DNA of 64,000 nucleotides from Octopus sinensis (GCF_006345805.1 NC_043000.1:91140001-91204000), one strand, 5' to 3'; shown: positions 13,499-27,617, numbered from the stretch's first letter. A program made the numbers and translations. The notes: generated by a model from the sequence alone, not told the origin.

Positions 13499-13729
13499 GG
13501 CGGTGAGTCGGCAAAATTGTTAACTTGCCGGGCGAAATACTAAGCGATATTTCGTCTGCCGTTACGTTCTGAGTTCAAATTCTGCGGAGGTCGATTTTGC
13601 CTTTCATCGTTTCGGGGTCCATTAAATAAGTACCAGTTACGCATTGGGGTCGATGTAATCAATTTAATCCCTTTGTCAGTCCTTGTTTGTCCCCATTACG
13701 TTTAGCCCTCCTGTGGACTATAAAGAAAT
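13499..13729 (+). mobile_element. SINE family B, full length
   Basis: GGCGGTGAGTCGGC head, GTTCTGAGTTCAAATTC, ...GTGGACTATAAAGAAAT tail. Confidence 0.8.
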
Positions 13730-13732
13730 GAA

Positions 13733-13874
13733 TAATCCTAGGATGGAATTTATAAACATCTAATACATCGCTACGCGCGTTTCCAGGAATACGGACTGTG
13801 ATCTTAAAAATCATGTGATATGTGGAAACGTGCGTAGCGATGCGTTAAATGTTATAAATTCTTTCGTAGGATTA
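13733..13874. repeat. 142-bp imperfect palindrome (~52-bp arms), possible fold-back MITE
   Basis: TAATCCTAGGATGGAATTTATAAACATCTAATACATCGCTACGCGCGTTTCCA pairs with TGGAAACGTGCGTAGCGATGCGTTAAATGTTATAAATTCTTTCGTAGGATTA. Confidence 0.75.
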
Positions 13875-14843
13875 TTGTTATATATATATAATATATATAT
13901 TATATATATATTATATATATATATATAATATATATAATATATATATATATATATACATATACACACACATACATATATGTAATGGTATCCGTGTTTGTAT
14001 GCATATATTTATATACGTGTGTGGTTGTCTCTATCTCTGTGTATGAGTTTGGGTTCTATCCAGAATGAAGATACCAAAAAAACATATACTGTTTCACTCG
14101 AGGACACGTCCTGAACTAAAATAGCGTTTGGGATCTTAGGATATCGGTGAGTCCGACGAATCATCGGAAAAATGAAACAGAATTTAACTCACGACCGTTT
14201 TTGTTATAGTGTTCGCTTTCACATTTAAAGTAAATGTTGCATTATACCACAGGATGTTTCCTCTTGTATTCTCAGCATTGGAATATAAGGTCATTGTATA
14301 CACTAAATTCTACCTGTCAAGTCACTATTAAAGTGTGTTATATTTTAATGATATGAAGCACCAATGAATATGTCACGTTTAGAAGATAATCAGCAAGTAC
14401 GTTTATTCCATAGAATCTTATACTGGTAATTTAAATGTTCATTAGTATAATACAATATAAGATCAGAATAAACTGTAATTCTTGAATCTATTTTACTAAA
14501 TTAAATTATGAACATTTTTCTGCACTTATCTTTTTGCTGAATTCATGTTTCCCGAAAGTAAGAATCCGCCGTCCATACGATTGCGCAAAAGATTTAAAAT
14601 ATTTACAATTTAATTATTATATTCCTGAGTTAAATCTCTTGTACGGTTAGGCTATCTCGCACACCTGCATTTTTCTTTTTATTTTATACTGAAATTTTAC
14701 ATTCTCCTACTTTCATTTAGGTTTACTGATTTGTGTTGTTTTTTCATATTCATATAAATTTCATTACACACGCGCGCGTACACACACATATTTATATGTG
14801 TATCACTGTATTTGTGTATGTGAGTGTATGAATATATATATAT

Positions 14844-14875
<32 letters not shown>

Positions 14876-15146
14876 AATGTATGAGAGAGAAGATTAAAAG
14901 AAACCGTCCTTGTAAATGCATTTTGAAGATAATGATCAAATGAAATAAAAAAATATATACACATACATACATACATGCACATACATATATGCACATACAA
15001 CATATATACAATACATATATGTATAATATATATATATGTATATATAAAATATATATATATGTATATATATATATACACATCCAAATATACAATACATATA
15101 TTTAGATGCGTTAGTGCATATACATATATATATACATATATATACA

Positions 15147-15188
<42 letters not shown>

Positions 15189-16261
15189 GTGTTTGTATAT
15201 GTATATATATATGTGTGTGTATATGTATATATGCATGTGTATGTATACATACACACGCACACACATACACACATACACACACATGCATGTATATATTCAG
15301 TAGTCTGCCTTGGTGCAATACACTTCACCCGATATTTTCTGAGCAGCATCTAGTAGTATATAGTATATTTAAATGCAAATGCGATTCCAACAATGTATTT
15401 CATTTATGATCGAGTGAAGAGCGTCGCACATACGCAACAATTAGTCACGCATTTACTATACATTTAATACACATGTTTCGAGTGTTTACGTAACATTTTG
15501 TTCCGTAAGTGCTATCCACTTCATTCAATTACAGAAGAAATGTTTTAATGGAATCGAGTCTGTCTTTATATATTCTAGTGAAAGTTGACTCGAAAATAGT
15601 TGATAAAGTGTACCACATAAAGTGTACCACATAAAGTGTACCACATACAACTGAATATATACACGCGTGGTCTTTATATGAATTTGTGTGAAGGTGTGGT
15701 GTGTTCTTTCTATTTGTTTATTATTGCCAAAATATGAATATGTTCAAAGATTCCTTTATCCTTTTCTACCTTTTACTCATCTCTTAACATTTCCTCTCCT
15801 CTCTAAGCGCTAGTTAATCCTCCAGACTTGTCTATTCAATTTCTATAAAACTTTTATATGCTCAACAAATAATACTCTCTTATCTAGATTATATCCAATT
15901 TCACATTGACTAGGTATTCAAGTACCTTCATTCTATGGCTCCTAAACAAACTGTTATGCTTCCGTTTTCAAAATCTTTCGAAGAACCAGTACAAGAATTG
16001 CATAGTAACATTCTGGAAAGTTTAAAATTTCAGTTTAGTTTCATATATAACTATACTATCAGTACTGAGTAATTCCTTTTTCTCGCTCTAAATATTTATA
16101 CGTGCGCTCGAGCACGCACTCACAAACACAAACACAGACACACACACACACACACACAGAGACACACAAACACATACACAGACACACACACAAACATACA
16201 CACACATACACACATACACACACAAACACATACGCTCGCACACACACAAACAAGCAGGGGC

Positions 16262-16296
<35 letters not shown>

Positions 16297-16426
16297 TTGT
16301 ATATATATATGCACGGTAGTTTGCTTATATGTGTATGTAAATACGTTTTATCTATGTATGTATGTATGTATGTATGTATGTATGTATCTATCTATCTATC
16401 TATCTACTTACCTATCTATCTATCTA

Positions 16427-16506
<80 letters not shown>

Positions 16507-16726
16507 TTCTCTCTCTCTCTCTCTTTACATACATACATACATGTATATATGTGTGTGTATATGTGTGTGTGTGCGTCTATCTTATTCCAGTCTATTTCAC
16601 GAAGGTAGTTATACTCGTTAAATATTTAAAATTTCATTAAAAGACATAATGCAACTTTTATGGAACAATAAAAGAAATTTCTCTTTCGATATTATATCCC
16701 GTCGTTTACTTCCTTCCTTTACTCAC

Positions 16727-16809
<83 letters not shown>

Positions 16810-16850
16810 CCTTCTTCTTCTTTTTCTATTTTCTTTTCCTTCATTTAGAG

Positions 16851-16906
16851 TACTGGGGTCGATGTAACCTCGCCGAAATTGCTGGCCTTGTGCCAAAATT
16901 TGAAAC

Positions 16907-16940
<34 letters not shown>

Positions 16941-17095
16941 GACGAGAAGTCAGAACCGTAAGCATGTTGGGCAAAATGCCTGTTGCATTTCGTCGGTCTT
17001 TAGTTGCGAGCTCAAATTCCGTCGAAGTTCACATTGCCTTTTGTCCTTTTCCTGATCAATATAATAAGTACCAGTGAAGTACTGGGGTCGTTGCA
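16851..17095 (+). mobile_element. SINE family B fragments separated by (TTA)n
   Basis: AGTACTGGGGTCGATGTAA...GGCCTTGTGCCAAAATTTGAAACC, followed by a second degenerate copy. Confidence 0.6.
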
Positions 17096-17117
17096 AATAA
17101 TAGAAAAGTATTTATTA

Positions 17118-17241
<124 letters not shown>

Positions 17242-17718
17242 GAGTGAGAGAGCAGTTCATGCCATCAAAGTGACACTGGGGTAAAATATACGAAGCCCAA
17301 TATACCCATCATGACTACCCGTCTGATAAAGGTACACCAGGCACATGCATCACAACCATATGTGCGCGACATGGTGATCTCATATCAAGATAAACAGCAC
17401 ATGACCTTGCAGGTGGGCCCGCCAGTTAGAATTTTCTTCAGGTTGAGTAGCCCATCCCGCTCAAACGGTCCCTGAATAAGGGTTGTTTAAGGATGTTGAA
17501 AGAACCACCCATGTTTCCAGAGGTGAACTATTCAAACCCCAAAGAATCCTCTCAACACATGGCTATGATGCTCCCCCACTACTTCTGCTCGTGATCAGAG
17601 ATGCACATATCGTCAGCCACTAAGGGACATGCTCAACTGGTTAAGGTCAAACAACTGACAAGCAAATCTGTGGTATTGAGCAGAATATTTGCTGTAGCCC
17701 ATCTTTTATACCAAGACA

Positions 17719-17719
<1 letters not shown>
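17242..17719 (-). mobile_element. Family C non-coding (TAA)n-embedded element, truncated copy
   Basis: High similarity to 43123-43688 and 60168-60745; flanked by (TTA)n at about 17117-17241 and 17720-17790; lacks about 90 bp at one end. Strand is given in the TAA-sense convention. Confidence 0.85.
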
Positions 17720-17788
<69 letters not shown>

Positions 17789-17791
17789 TAT

Positions 17792-18230
17792 TTTCATACA
17801 CACACAACAGGTGAGACTGTTGGAAATGAAAAAGTTCTAACATTGGGCTACAACAAGTAACCTTAGATGCCAAGAACCCTCTTTAGCATCCTAGCTGTCC
17901 CTAATAATACTGTTTTCTGGAGCTGTACTAAACTGGGTTTGAACAGAAGGATAGAGGAAATAGGCTTATGCCTATATCCTCTATTCAGCTGTTCAAATAT
18001 TTGGGGATTGTTCCCAGTGCACCTATAACTACTGGGATACATTTTACCCGCAATTTACATAGTATCTGTAATTCAATGGCTAGTTCCTTGAACTTTTATA
18101 TTTTTGCTCTACCTCCTATATTGATTTTTTCCTCATCCCTTTATCTACAACTACTAAATCATGCCTTCTTGTTTCTATTACTCTGCCTGTCTGAATGTTG
18201 AAGACACACACCATCTTGTATTTCTTTTGC
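17792..18230 (-). mobile_element. Degenerate R4/Dong-type RLE non-LTR retrotransposon 3' end
   Basis: Minus-strand translation FNIQTGRVIETRRHDLVVVDKG...KFKELAIELQILCKLRVKCIPVVIGALGTIPKYL...LQKTVLLGTARMLKRVLGI* (stop at 17863-17865), then a short UTR and (TAA)n. Confidence 0.8.
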
Positions 18231-18849
18231 TAAAGCATGTCTTAAGGAAAATGTCACTCTAACATATAAAATCAGATATGCACGGAATAGCATTGAAGGT
18301 TTTGGGGATCTTTTACTTGCACTTGAGATCATGGTGATCCCACATTCCTGAGTATGCGACGCTTATTGATATTGGATATCTTGCCCTGGGTTGTCTCTGG
18401 ATAATGTCAATAGAGTGGAGAGGATATGTGAGATGTTTTGCAAGGCTTTTTGAACCTAAAATTTTGGGTCATGCAATCATTATCAAGACAACTAACTATA
18501 AGATGCCCGCTCGAATTAGAGGGTGTCGCGGTGAGCAGCGGAGGCGAACCTGGGTGAGGCCGACTGCGGTTACAATAATCCCTTGCAGGTGCATTGTTAG
18601 CATTTTGCGTGATGCCATTCCTCGGTCACGAGTGGAAAACTACCACCACCACCACCACCACCACCACCATCATCATCATCATCTTACATAAATAAGCACA
18701 TACCATACACATACACACACACATGTATATATGCATGCATGTATGTATATAACAGACAAAATTATATATTCCAAATCCCCTTGACAAGCAAAATAAATGA
18801 CTACGATGTAAGGTTCCATACAGATTAAACCTAGCACCATATTAATTGT

Positions 18850-19085
18850 GGGGGCGTATGGCTAAGTGGTTAGTGTTTTGAATTCACGATTGTAAGATTA
18901 TCGTTTCGAATCCTGGTCTAGGGGAAGCGCTGTGTTCCTTAACAAAACACTTCATTTCACGTTGCTATAGTCCACCTAGCTGGTAGAACAAATAATTCTA
19001 CAACGGATCGGTGTACCATTCAGGGAGGAATATATGCACCAGGGCAGGGAACCAGGGAAATCGACCCTAAGCTCCTTACGGAAAA
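18850..19085 (+). mobile_element. tRNA-headed SINE with CORE-like and V-like segments (degenerate)
   Basis: GGGGCGTATGGCTAAGTGGTTAG...GTTTCGAATCC, GTGTTCCTTAACAAAACACTTCATTTCACGTTGC, and an AGGGAACCAGGGAAATCGACCC tail like that at 260-330. Confidence 0.6.
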
Positions 19086-20110
19086 ATGTGGACTAACCAC
19101 CATATCCATTCATTAATCTTTCAAAGTGCCATGTTAAATAGTAATTACATCTTTAAAATTGAGCTTTCATTTTTACCTGACAATCACAAGTGGAAATACT
19201 AGTTTGGCTTCTAAAGACATCAATTAAACATTTCTTTTCTAAAATGCTTAAGCCATTATAGGATTTGTACTTCAGCTGTCTGGACTGATTTGTTTTAGGC
19301 TTTTGCCACCGCTCAAAAGAAAAATATTCCAGGTAGAGATTTATTGCGCTTTTATTCATTTTTGTTTTACATTATTTATTTATCGTCTGCACTACTTGTG
19401 TGAGTTCTCTTCTGTGAATTAATTGTTTTCAAGATCGATGTTCGAAGTTATGCTATTCTCGTATTATTTATCACTATCTATTCTTGTTCCGTTGGATTGA
19501 TGCATTTGATTTTTCCCATGTGTCAGCTAGATACATGCAGTGGAAGACCATCAGTTGTTGCTGTGCTCCCTATATTTTCGAAACGTTTTGTTTCTTTTCT
19601 CCCTCTCTCGTTCTGTGTCTTTTATTTTTTTCATTAATATCTCTGCTAACTAGGTGGTAGTAATTTATGAATGTTCCTGTGGAACATGACAATATTTTGA
19701 CAAGCAAGAAAACAACAGAGACAGCAGAAGGGAGAAAAAAAAAGTAAGAAAAGTAGAGAAAGAGGTTGCAAAAGAAAAGAATGAATAGAAATATACAGTA
19801 TATAAGCTAATTTGTTTGCATCTCAATTACATTTGTTATGGGGAAAGTTTAGAAATCACATCAGGGAAACTTCAGAAGTCATTTCAAGACATATACCGTA
19901 TGTTTAGTTTGGCAATTTAACACTTTTCTCAACAATAACAGAAATACATATGGATAAACATACAAATATTATACATATATATATATATAGATATGTTTGT
20001 GTGTGTATATGTATATAAATATATACGTATATGTATGTGTGTACATATCTATATATATATATACACATACATACATACATACATACTTACATACATACAT
20101 ACATATATAT

Positions 20111-20185
<75 letters not shown>

Positions 20186-20930
20186 TATATATATATATAT
20201 ACATATATACATACATATATATGCATATAAAGAGAAAGCTTGACGGATGTTATTGAGGAAAGAAGAATCAGAAAAAGGGAAAATGAGGAAGGAGGCATAA
20301 CTCTATAATGGAACTCGGAGAATGATGGAAGCGTTTGCATGTGTTCTCTCTGCACCTTGTATGTCAATGTGTGTATGTGTAGCTCAAACACCGAGAGCCC
20401 TCACACTAAGAACGCAGCGTGTGGTTTACTTTTTCTCTTTTATCTTAACACTGGTAAATACAGTCATTTCCAGCTGTCAATAGGAGTAACATGAAACATA
20501 AACAGCGAAATAGTACAGACTAAGGAATGATTTCTTCGCTGATGGTTGATATTTTTCATACCAAGCCAGTGTACAAATTTGTGAGAATTTACATAGTTAT
20601 TCTTACATCTCTACTTCGGTAGCTATGACGAAATGTACGATTCGCTGAGGAGTTATAATCTGGCCGAAACATATTATGAGTTGTCTCGTAGATTTTCCCA
20701 ATGTATCAAAATAATATTAGGCTAAAGTTCAGTCTGATTGTGCTTCACCAAGTAACATTTCCCGTTAGCATTTTCCTACGTTTCCTGCATGAAATATATC
20801 AACGCCTGCTTAATTAAAGATTACAAAATATGCTTCGCTAGCTCGCTGAAAGCAGTAGAGCTTTACTAGTATTGAAACTGGAAGATCAGTTGTGCTTTTG
20901 CTTAAACTTACATTATCTATACGGTCTATG

Positions 20931-21227
20931 GGCACAGGAGTGACTGTGTGGCAAGACGTTTGCTTCCCAATCACATGGTTCCATGTTCAATCTCACTGCG
21001 TCTTACCTTGAAGAAGTATCTTCTACTATAGCCTCGAGCCGGCCAAAGAATTGTGAGGGGATTTGGTAGATGGAAACTGAAAGAAGCCCATCATATATAT
21101 ATATATACTAGCAGTATAACCCGGCTTTACCCAGGATTAAGTTAGGATTATTAAGCTAATCAAGTTCTTTATTTCAAACCAAACAAAGTAACATCGACGT
21201 CAAATTTGGGCGAAATCCGTTCAAATT

Positions 21228-21259
<32 letters not shown>

Positions 21260-21645
21260 GGCAACACACACATACATAAGTATGTACATATACCTATTGC
21301 ATACATGTTTTGGTACGCATGCATGTTCGTGTATGTGTGTGTGTGTGTGTGTTACTCGTATATCAACAAAACACTTTTTCCTCGATGGAATAAAAACAAC
21401 AAAAGTTACTCGTCCCTAGAAGGGGACTTAACTCCTGTTTGAAAACAATCGTGATTTCTTCGACTTGAATATTGTTAAAAGTTTTGGTTGAAAATTTATT
21501 TATATTGCTATTCGCTAGTGCCTCTGATAAAAATAAGTTGACGAAAATACAGCTAGGATCATGACGAATGTCCTCCTAAAATTGGATCGACGTGCGTGCT
21601 AATTTGTGGACGTGCATAAATTACATTCACGTACACACGCATACG

Positions 21646-21706
<61 letters not shown>

Positions 21707-21905
21707 ATCCTGCCTTTTATATATAGAGATAAATGTGTGTGTGAGTATGTATCTTTGTGTCTTTGTGTCCCCCACCACCACTTGGAAATCTGTGTGTAAA
21801 TCTTTAAGAATAATTCATGGAGTTGATTCATTCGATAAAAATTTCTTAAGGCGGTGCCCCAGCATGGTGGATGTTTAATGACTGAGACAAGTAAAAGATA
21901 AAAGA
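20931..21905 (+). mobile_element. SINE family A split by an insertion in its internal microsatellite (5' half 20931-21100, 3' half about 21745-21905)
   Basis: Head GGCACAGGAGTGACTGTGTGG...GGAAACTGAAAGAAGCCC(AT)n; tail GGCGGTGCCCCAGCATGG...ATGACTGAGACAAGTAAAAGA. Confidence 0.7.
21107..21730 (+). mobile_element. Probable non-autonomous Helitron/Helentron-like element
   Basis: Starts ACTAGCAGTATAACCCGGCTTTACCCAGG within a TA run; ends with (CA)n followed by CTTTTATATATAGAGAT. This layout recalls Lep1/HINE-like elements. Confidence 0.4.
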
Positions 21906-23896
21906 ACGCTAAGTCTCAATATATCATGGAATATTAATTCATTCTGCTTTTTGACCCACTGGATATTAGGGAAACCATATACATCTTAATTTTTAAGTTG
22001 TGTTTATAGAATATATTCGTGACCCTTACTAACATTAAGCTGTCAAAACCACCATCACTTGTAGAAGGCGATTATTTCCTATTTGCGAGTGAAACGATTG
22101 GTGGGCAGCTATCTTGACACTGACGATTTCACGCGGTTGATTGGATATTCAACCGATTTAGACGTCAGTACTTTCTGCCAATGGAGGCACACATAGACAT
22201 GCATGCGCAGAAATATACTGAGATAGACAGATAGATAGTTAGATAGATAAATAGAAAGAGAGAAAGAGAGAGAAAAGAGACAGAGAGAGAGGGAAATATT
22301 ACAGATTTTTTTAACATGATTGGCATAAACACAATATTTCCCCTCATACACGTACCAAGGATAAGGGATAAAGGAAAATATGCTCAAGCGCATAAACACA
22401 CACACACAATGAGAGAACGAGAGAACCATTAAAAAACGTCTGATGTCAGATGAGTCATCACTGAATCAGCGACCCCTAAAAGGCGGCACCAAAAGGGCTG
22501 TGGAAAAAAGTCTTATATCCTGCCTATTTTATTGCACATTTCTTACAGCTTATTGAGTCGAAATGTTTGAACGGGAAGCATCTTGATCACTGATGATAAA
22601 GTACTGAGATTGTAACAGGATATGAAATACCAGCATCTTCGTTTGTTGTCTATTACTCTACTGACAGAGCCAATTACACTATAATAATACAGGAACGCTA
22701 TCTGTGAATCTTACTATATTTCCCAAAGATCTTCACGAAAATGTATAACATTAATCTAATCTTAGAGAGTAGTATATTGAAGGTGGCGAACAAGCAGAAC
22801 GTTAGATCATCTATCTGTAAGTGTTAATATTCAGCCAATGTTCGCTTCAGCTTTCGTCATTTTGTTTGTAAGTTTCAGTCCAATGTGGCGGATTGCCGGA
22901 ATTGATAGAGAGTTGGCCGTGATGTTTGTTTTCTAGTACGTATTTCAGCTCTTTGCATTCTACTTTCAAATTTGTCTTATAACTGGGCTCCGCATAACAG
23001 GAAACAAGAATTTTGTGATCTAGCTAACGGTGAGAGACATCAATATCAAACAGAGGAAGATGTCGATTGAAGTAAATTCTCGGTGGTTTTCTTTAGAATT
23101 TTTGAACCCTTAACTAAATCAAACTTAGATATCAGAAAGATCAGAACTGCAAGAATAATTTAAATTATCTCAGTGAAGTGAAAGAGGATCATTGAAAAAT
23201 GGCACATGATATGAAACTAACGAAACTCGACTAAATCAAAACGATGTGTTGGAGTGGCTCTCTTCCTTATATATTTGCGTAATCATGCAGTTAAGAGTAG
23301 AAATTATTGAAATTAGACTTGACTCATTTTGCCCCATCTTAGACATCATTTCTTTGAAAATTGAAAATGATCAAATTAGAAAAAAAGTGAAGGAAAAATT
23401 TGACTTTGACCCAACAGAGAAAAATTGACTCTTATACACCAAAAATTATCCAGATATTTTATTAGCAACCTCAATTACAGTCGGGGCAAAGTTAAGGAAA
23501 ATTTCTTGAAGAAAAAAAGTACCGTTCACCCGACGCTATTTCAAGCCCTCTCAACATCAACAACAACGACTATGCTGACCAATTTTACTCCTCAATATAA
23601 TGTAAGCAACACAGAATGGTGATGCAATATTTTCAATGTTATGATTTAAAACAGGTAGAAAGAAAATAATGAGAAATGAGAAATTACTAATTTTGTCCCC
23701 ACTCCTTGTACATAACGTTTAACAACATTTAGACATACTTAATAGAAACACTTCCATTGTCTCAAAATTTACACTTATGGACATCGTTTTTTATCATATT
23801 TACCTCTTGTAATTACTTTTATTTTGTTCTTTCCAAGCACTTTCAGCCAATGATATAAACTATATCATTGGATTATTATTGTTATTGTTATTATTA

Positions 23897-23929
<33 letters not shown>

Positions 23930-23950
23930 CGCTCTTCATCATCATCATCA

Positions 23951-24005
<55 letters not shown>

Positions 24006-24582
24006 ATTTGAATATTCATTATCAAAATTCCACTTTATCCATCGTGTTTTAACACAGGATGCAATAAGTCCTTATCCCGGCAAAAGTATTCAGTATTTAA
24101 TCATGTAAAGATGGTTTAAACGAATCAGTTACAGAACAAAGCTTAAAGATATTCTTTTTTATGTCATTAGAAATTATTAGTTTTTGTCTGTTTGTTTGTT
24201 TGTTTTTGTTCTTTCTTCTATTTGATGAAGAATATTCCAAAATAGGAATAAGAGAGCCAAAAGGATTCTTAAACAGTACAAAGGTGAGAGAAGCAAAGCA
24301 GAAGGAGATAAAGAAGGAAGACTAAAAAAAAAAAAACTGAATAAGTGAAACAGAGAAAGAGAAAAGAGAGAGGACGAAGTCGAAGAAAACTGAGAAGAGA
24401 AAGAGAGGAAAACATGGAGAGGTAGAGAGGTGAGAGTGGTAGATTACAAAGCAATAACAGTAACCAAATCAGAGAATGTGCAAATATTAATGAGATTATT
24501 GGGCCATCGTCGTCATAGTAGTCGTCATCATCATGATCATACTCATGTTGGCGACCATCATGATCATCATCGTTACCACCAC

Positions 24583-24653
<71 letters not shown>

Positions 24654-25006
24654 TCATCATTATCATCAGCAGTAAGCGGCATCGGCGTTAACAGCAGCAG
24701 CAGCAGCAGCAACATCCCCGACCGGAGTTGATTCTTTTATTACCAATAATGAGTCCATCAGATGAAACCCAATAGGTTTTAATGGTGAAAATTCTATATT
24801 TGAAAATCTGCCACAAGCTGAATATAAGCAATTTCGTTAATTGTGAATTTGGGTGCATACGGTCTACTACTCTCTCTCTCTCTTTCTCTCTCTGACTCTC
24901 TCTCGCTCTTAGCCTATTTCTTCCTTTACTTCTCAATCAATCTGTCTTTCTCTCTCTCCTCCTCTCTCTCTCTATATAATATGTATGTTTGTATAATATT
25001 TATGTA

Positions 25007-25046
<40 letters not shown>

Positions 25047-25316
25047 TATATATGTATATACACGTATGATTATATGTATATACATATATACATGTATGTA
25101 TAGAAGTATGTAATCATTTTCTGGTAATTTATTACACTACGAATTTTTCCATTGATTGTTTAGATCAATTTCTTCCATCTGTGTGTTCTCTCATTCTAAC
25201 ACCTATATATATATTAATATAATATATATATATATATATATACATATACACATATGTAAATATATATATATACATATATATAATATATATATATATATAT
25301 TATATATATATATTAA

Positions 25317-25400
<84 letters not shown>

Positions 25401-25972
25401 ATGTATATACATGTGAATCACTATCTATCTATATAAGTTTGTCAGGGATTTTCGTTGTCTTTTACTTTTCTTTTTTGCTGTCTTGGGCAAGGCTTTGTAC
25501 CGGATCATAACTTGTTGCATATCTAATCAGTTATTGGCAAACAAAGATTAACAATTATTTTTACTCCTGCTGTTATTTTCTTTTAGAAATATTCTTGGCT
25601 CTTACTTATTTGGAATTCCATTTGTTTTATCTTTATCTTTTAACCTTTTATCAGACTTTCATCTTCATCAGTTTTTTTGGAGAAGATACTCTGTTGTACT
25701 GTATGTTTCGTAATATCATTTTCAGCAATTGAAATATGTTCTTAGAAATCTCGTTTTAAATGCTTTTTGGTGTCTTGTGTCGTTCCTTCAGGAAGTTTTA
25801 AAGTAAGCTAACAGAAATATTTAAATTAAATTAACGTTAAGTGGAATAATTCAACGGGTTTTTAACAACATGGATTTAAATAATTTGAAAGGCATACTAA
25901 ATAATTTTCTAAATTTCTGAAATCTTCATCTAAGGTGGAAAAATATATACGTAGTTTCAATTAATGATAGCA

Positions 25973-26165
25973 AAATTTGGCACAAGGCCAACAATTTTGA
26001 GGGAGAGGATAAGTCGATTACATCAACCCCTGCACTCAACTGATACTTATTTTATTGACCCCCGAAAGGATGAAGGGCAAAGTCGATCTCGGCGGAATTT
26101 GAACTCAGAACATGAAAATGAACGAAATGCCGGTAAGAATTTCGCCCGGCGAACTAACGGCGTTA
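25973..26165 (-). mobile_element. SINE family B
   Basis: CCCCGAAAGGATGAAGGGCAAAGTCGATCTCGGCGGAATTTGAACTCAGAAC. Confidence 0.8.
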
Positions 26166-26773
26166 CCAACTCACATCCTTACACCAAGTTTTAATTACTG
26201 GCGACGCTCCAAATAAAGGGAGATCATTACAAAACATTAAGAATTCATCTCTTCAGATTAATTCTAAAATTTAGACTAAGTGCTGTTTGATAAATTGTAG
26301 TCGGTAAGGGGTGGCTGGGAAATTTTATTGTACACCTAAATCAGTGAAGAAGAACATTTCAGTCACTAGACTTACAATAAAAAACAAAAAAAAAATAGCA
26401 TTGAAATTTCCTTCAAATCACTTCATAGTGTCGTTAAAAAATAAAAAGATATTTTAAGAATTTTAAAACTTCAAGAGAACGTGAGACGAGTACTTTTTCC
26501 TGTTGATTTCGAAGTAGAAAAAGCTATAAATAATAACGTCTAAATATTAGGTTAAAAATCCTTATAGATAGAAAATTTGGAAGACTTTTGGTAGAACGCC
26601 TGTCAAGTTTACTGAAGTTGTAGGATCGTGTCATGCGGGCAGCCTTCGACTCTTTCTATGCAATATTTACATACTACTACATGTAAATATTTACATGCTA
26701 TTGCATGTAGCTCTATCTACTTTGAGTTCGACTACCAAAAAGACATTTGTTTCGATATCAGAGAATATTTTAT

Positions 26774-26873
26774 NNNNNNNNNNNNNNNNNNNNNNNNNNN
26801 NNNNNNNNNNNNNNNNNNNNNNNNNNNNNNNNNNNNNNNNNNNNNNNNNNNNNNNNNNNNNNNNNNNNNNNNN
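26774..26873. other. Assembly gap (100 N)
   Basis: Run of exactly 100 N. Confidence 0.99.
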
Positions 26874-27041
26874 TGCGCAACTCTTGTCCACTACTTTCTC
26901 AGAGACAGTTCCACGAACTTTTTACAAGAACAACAATTTTATCTTATACGTTAAAAAATAAATAAAACGAAGAAATTTAACTTTCACTTTTTGGTAGTTT
27001 TAATTCAAGCTAAAGAATGCACATTTTTTCTTTTAGATATA

Positions 27042-27263
27042 CAGTAATCCTTCGACTATCGCGGGTGCTACTTTCTAAAACCCCCGCGATATGTGAAAAT
27101 CCGCGAAGTAGAAACAGTACTGTACTGTATATTTTTTATTATTATTTTTGTAATTTGTATATATTTATTTTATTATAAATGCAAAACAACACCACGGAGG
27201 AATCGACGTAAGCTTAAATAATAAACCGCGATAAGTGAATCGAGATATGGCGACAGATTACTG
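27042..27263. mobile_element. Tigger/pogo-like MITE (222 bp)
   Basis: TA|CAGTAATCCTTCGACTATCGCGG ... GGCGACAGATTACTG|TA; same termini as 36812-37019. Confidence 0.75.
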
Positions 27264-27274
27264 TATTCTATTAT

Positions 27275-27617
27275 TCTTTTGCTTGTTTCAGTTACTTGAT
27301 TGCAACCATGCTGGCGCACCGCCTAAAGGTCTTCTTAGTCGAAGAAAGCGACCCCAGGACTTATTCTTTGTAAGCCTAGCATTTATTCTATCGTTGTCAA
27401 GCGATGGCAGGGGTACAAGCAGAAATACACACATATAAATATACACATATATACACGACTGGCTTCTTTCAGTTTCCGTCTACCAAATCCACTCACAAGA
27501 TTTTGGTAGGCCGAGTCCAGAGTAGAAGACACTTGCTCAAGGTGTAATGCAATGGGACTGAACCCAGAACCATGTGGCCGGAAAGCAAGCGATGTGCGAC
27601 ACAGCCACGCCTGCGCC
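27275..27617 (-). mobile_element. SINE family A
   Basis: Reverse complement of the 28765-29252 head, body and tail, with a short internal microsatellite. Confidence 0.8.

Noticed and set aside
15603-15644. 14-bp unit x3 (ATAAAGTGTACCAC); also a 21-bp x2 at about 35290-35331
   Set aside because: Simple local slippage duplications with no spacers, so not CRISPR-like.
22585-22640. CTGATGA...GAAA spacing
   Set aside because: No stem II closing pair and no stem I or III.
24269-24715. Poly-Asp / poly-His-Arg ORFs
   Set aside because: Compound CAT/CGT/CAG microsatellite.
26628-26965. ORFs spanning 26.7-26.9 kb
   Set aside because: Artefacts of the 100-N gap.
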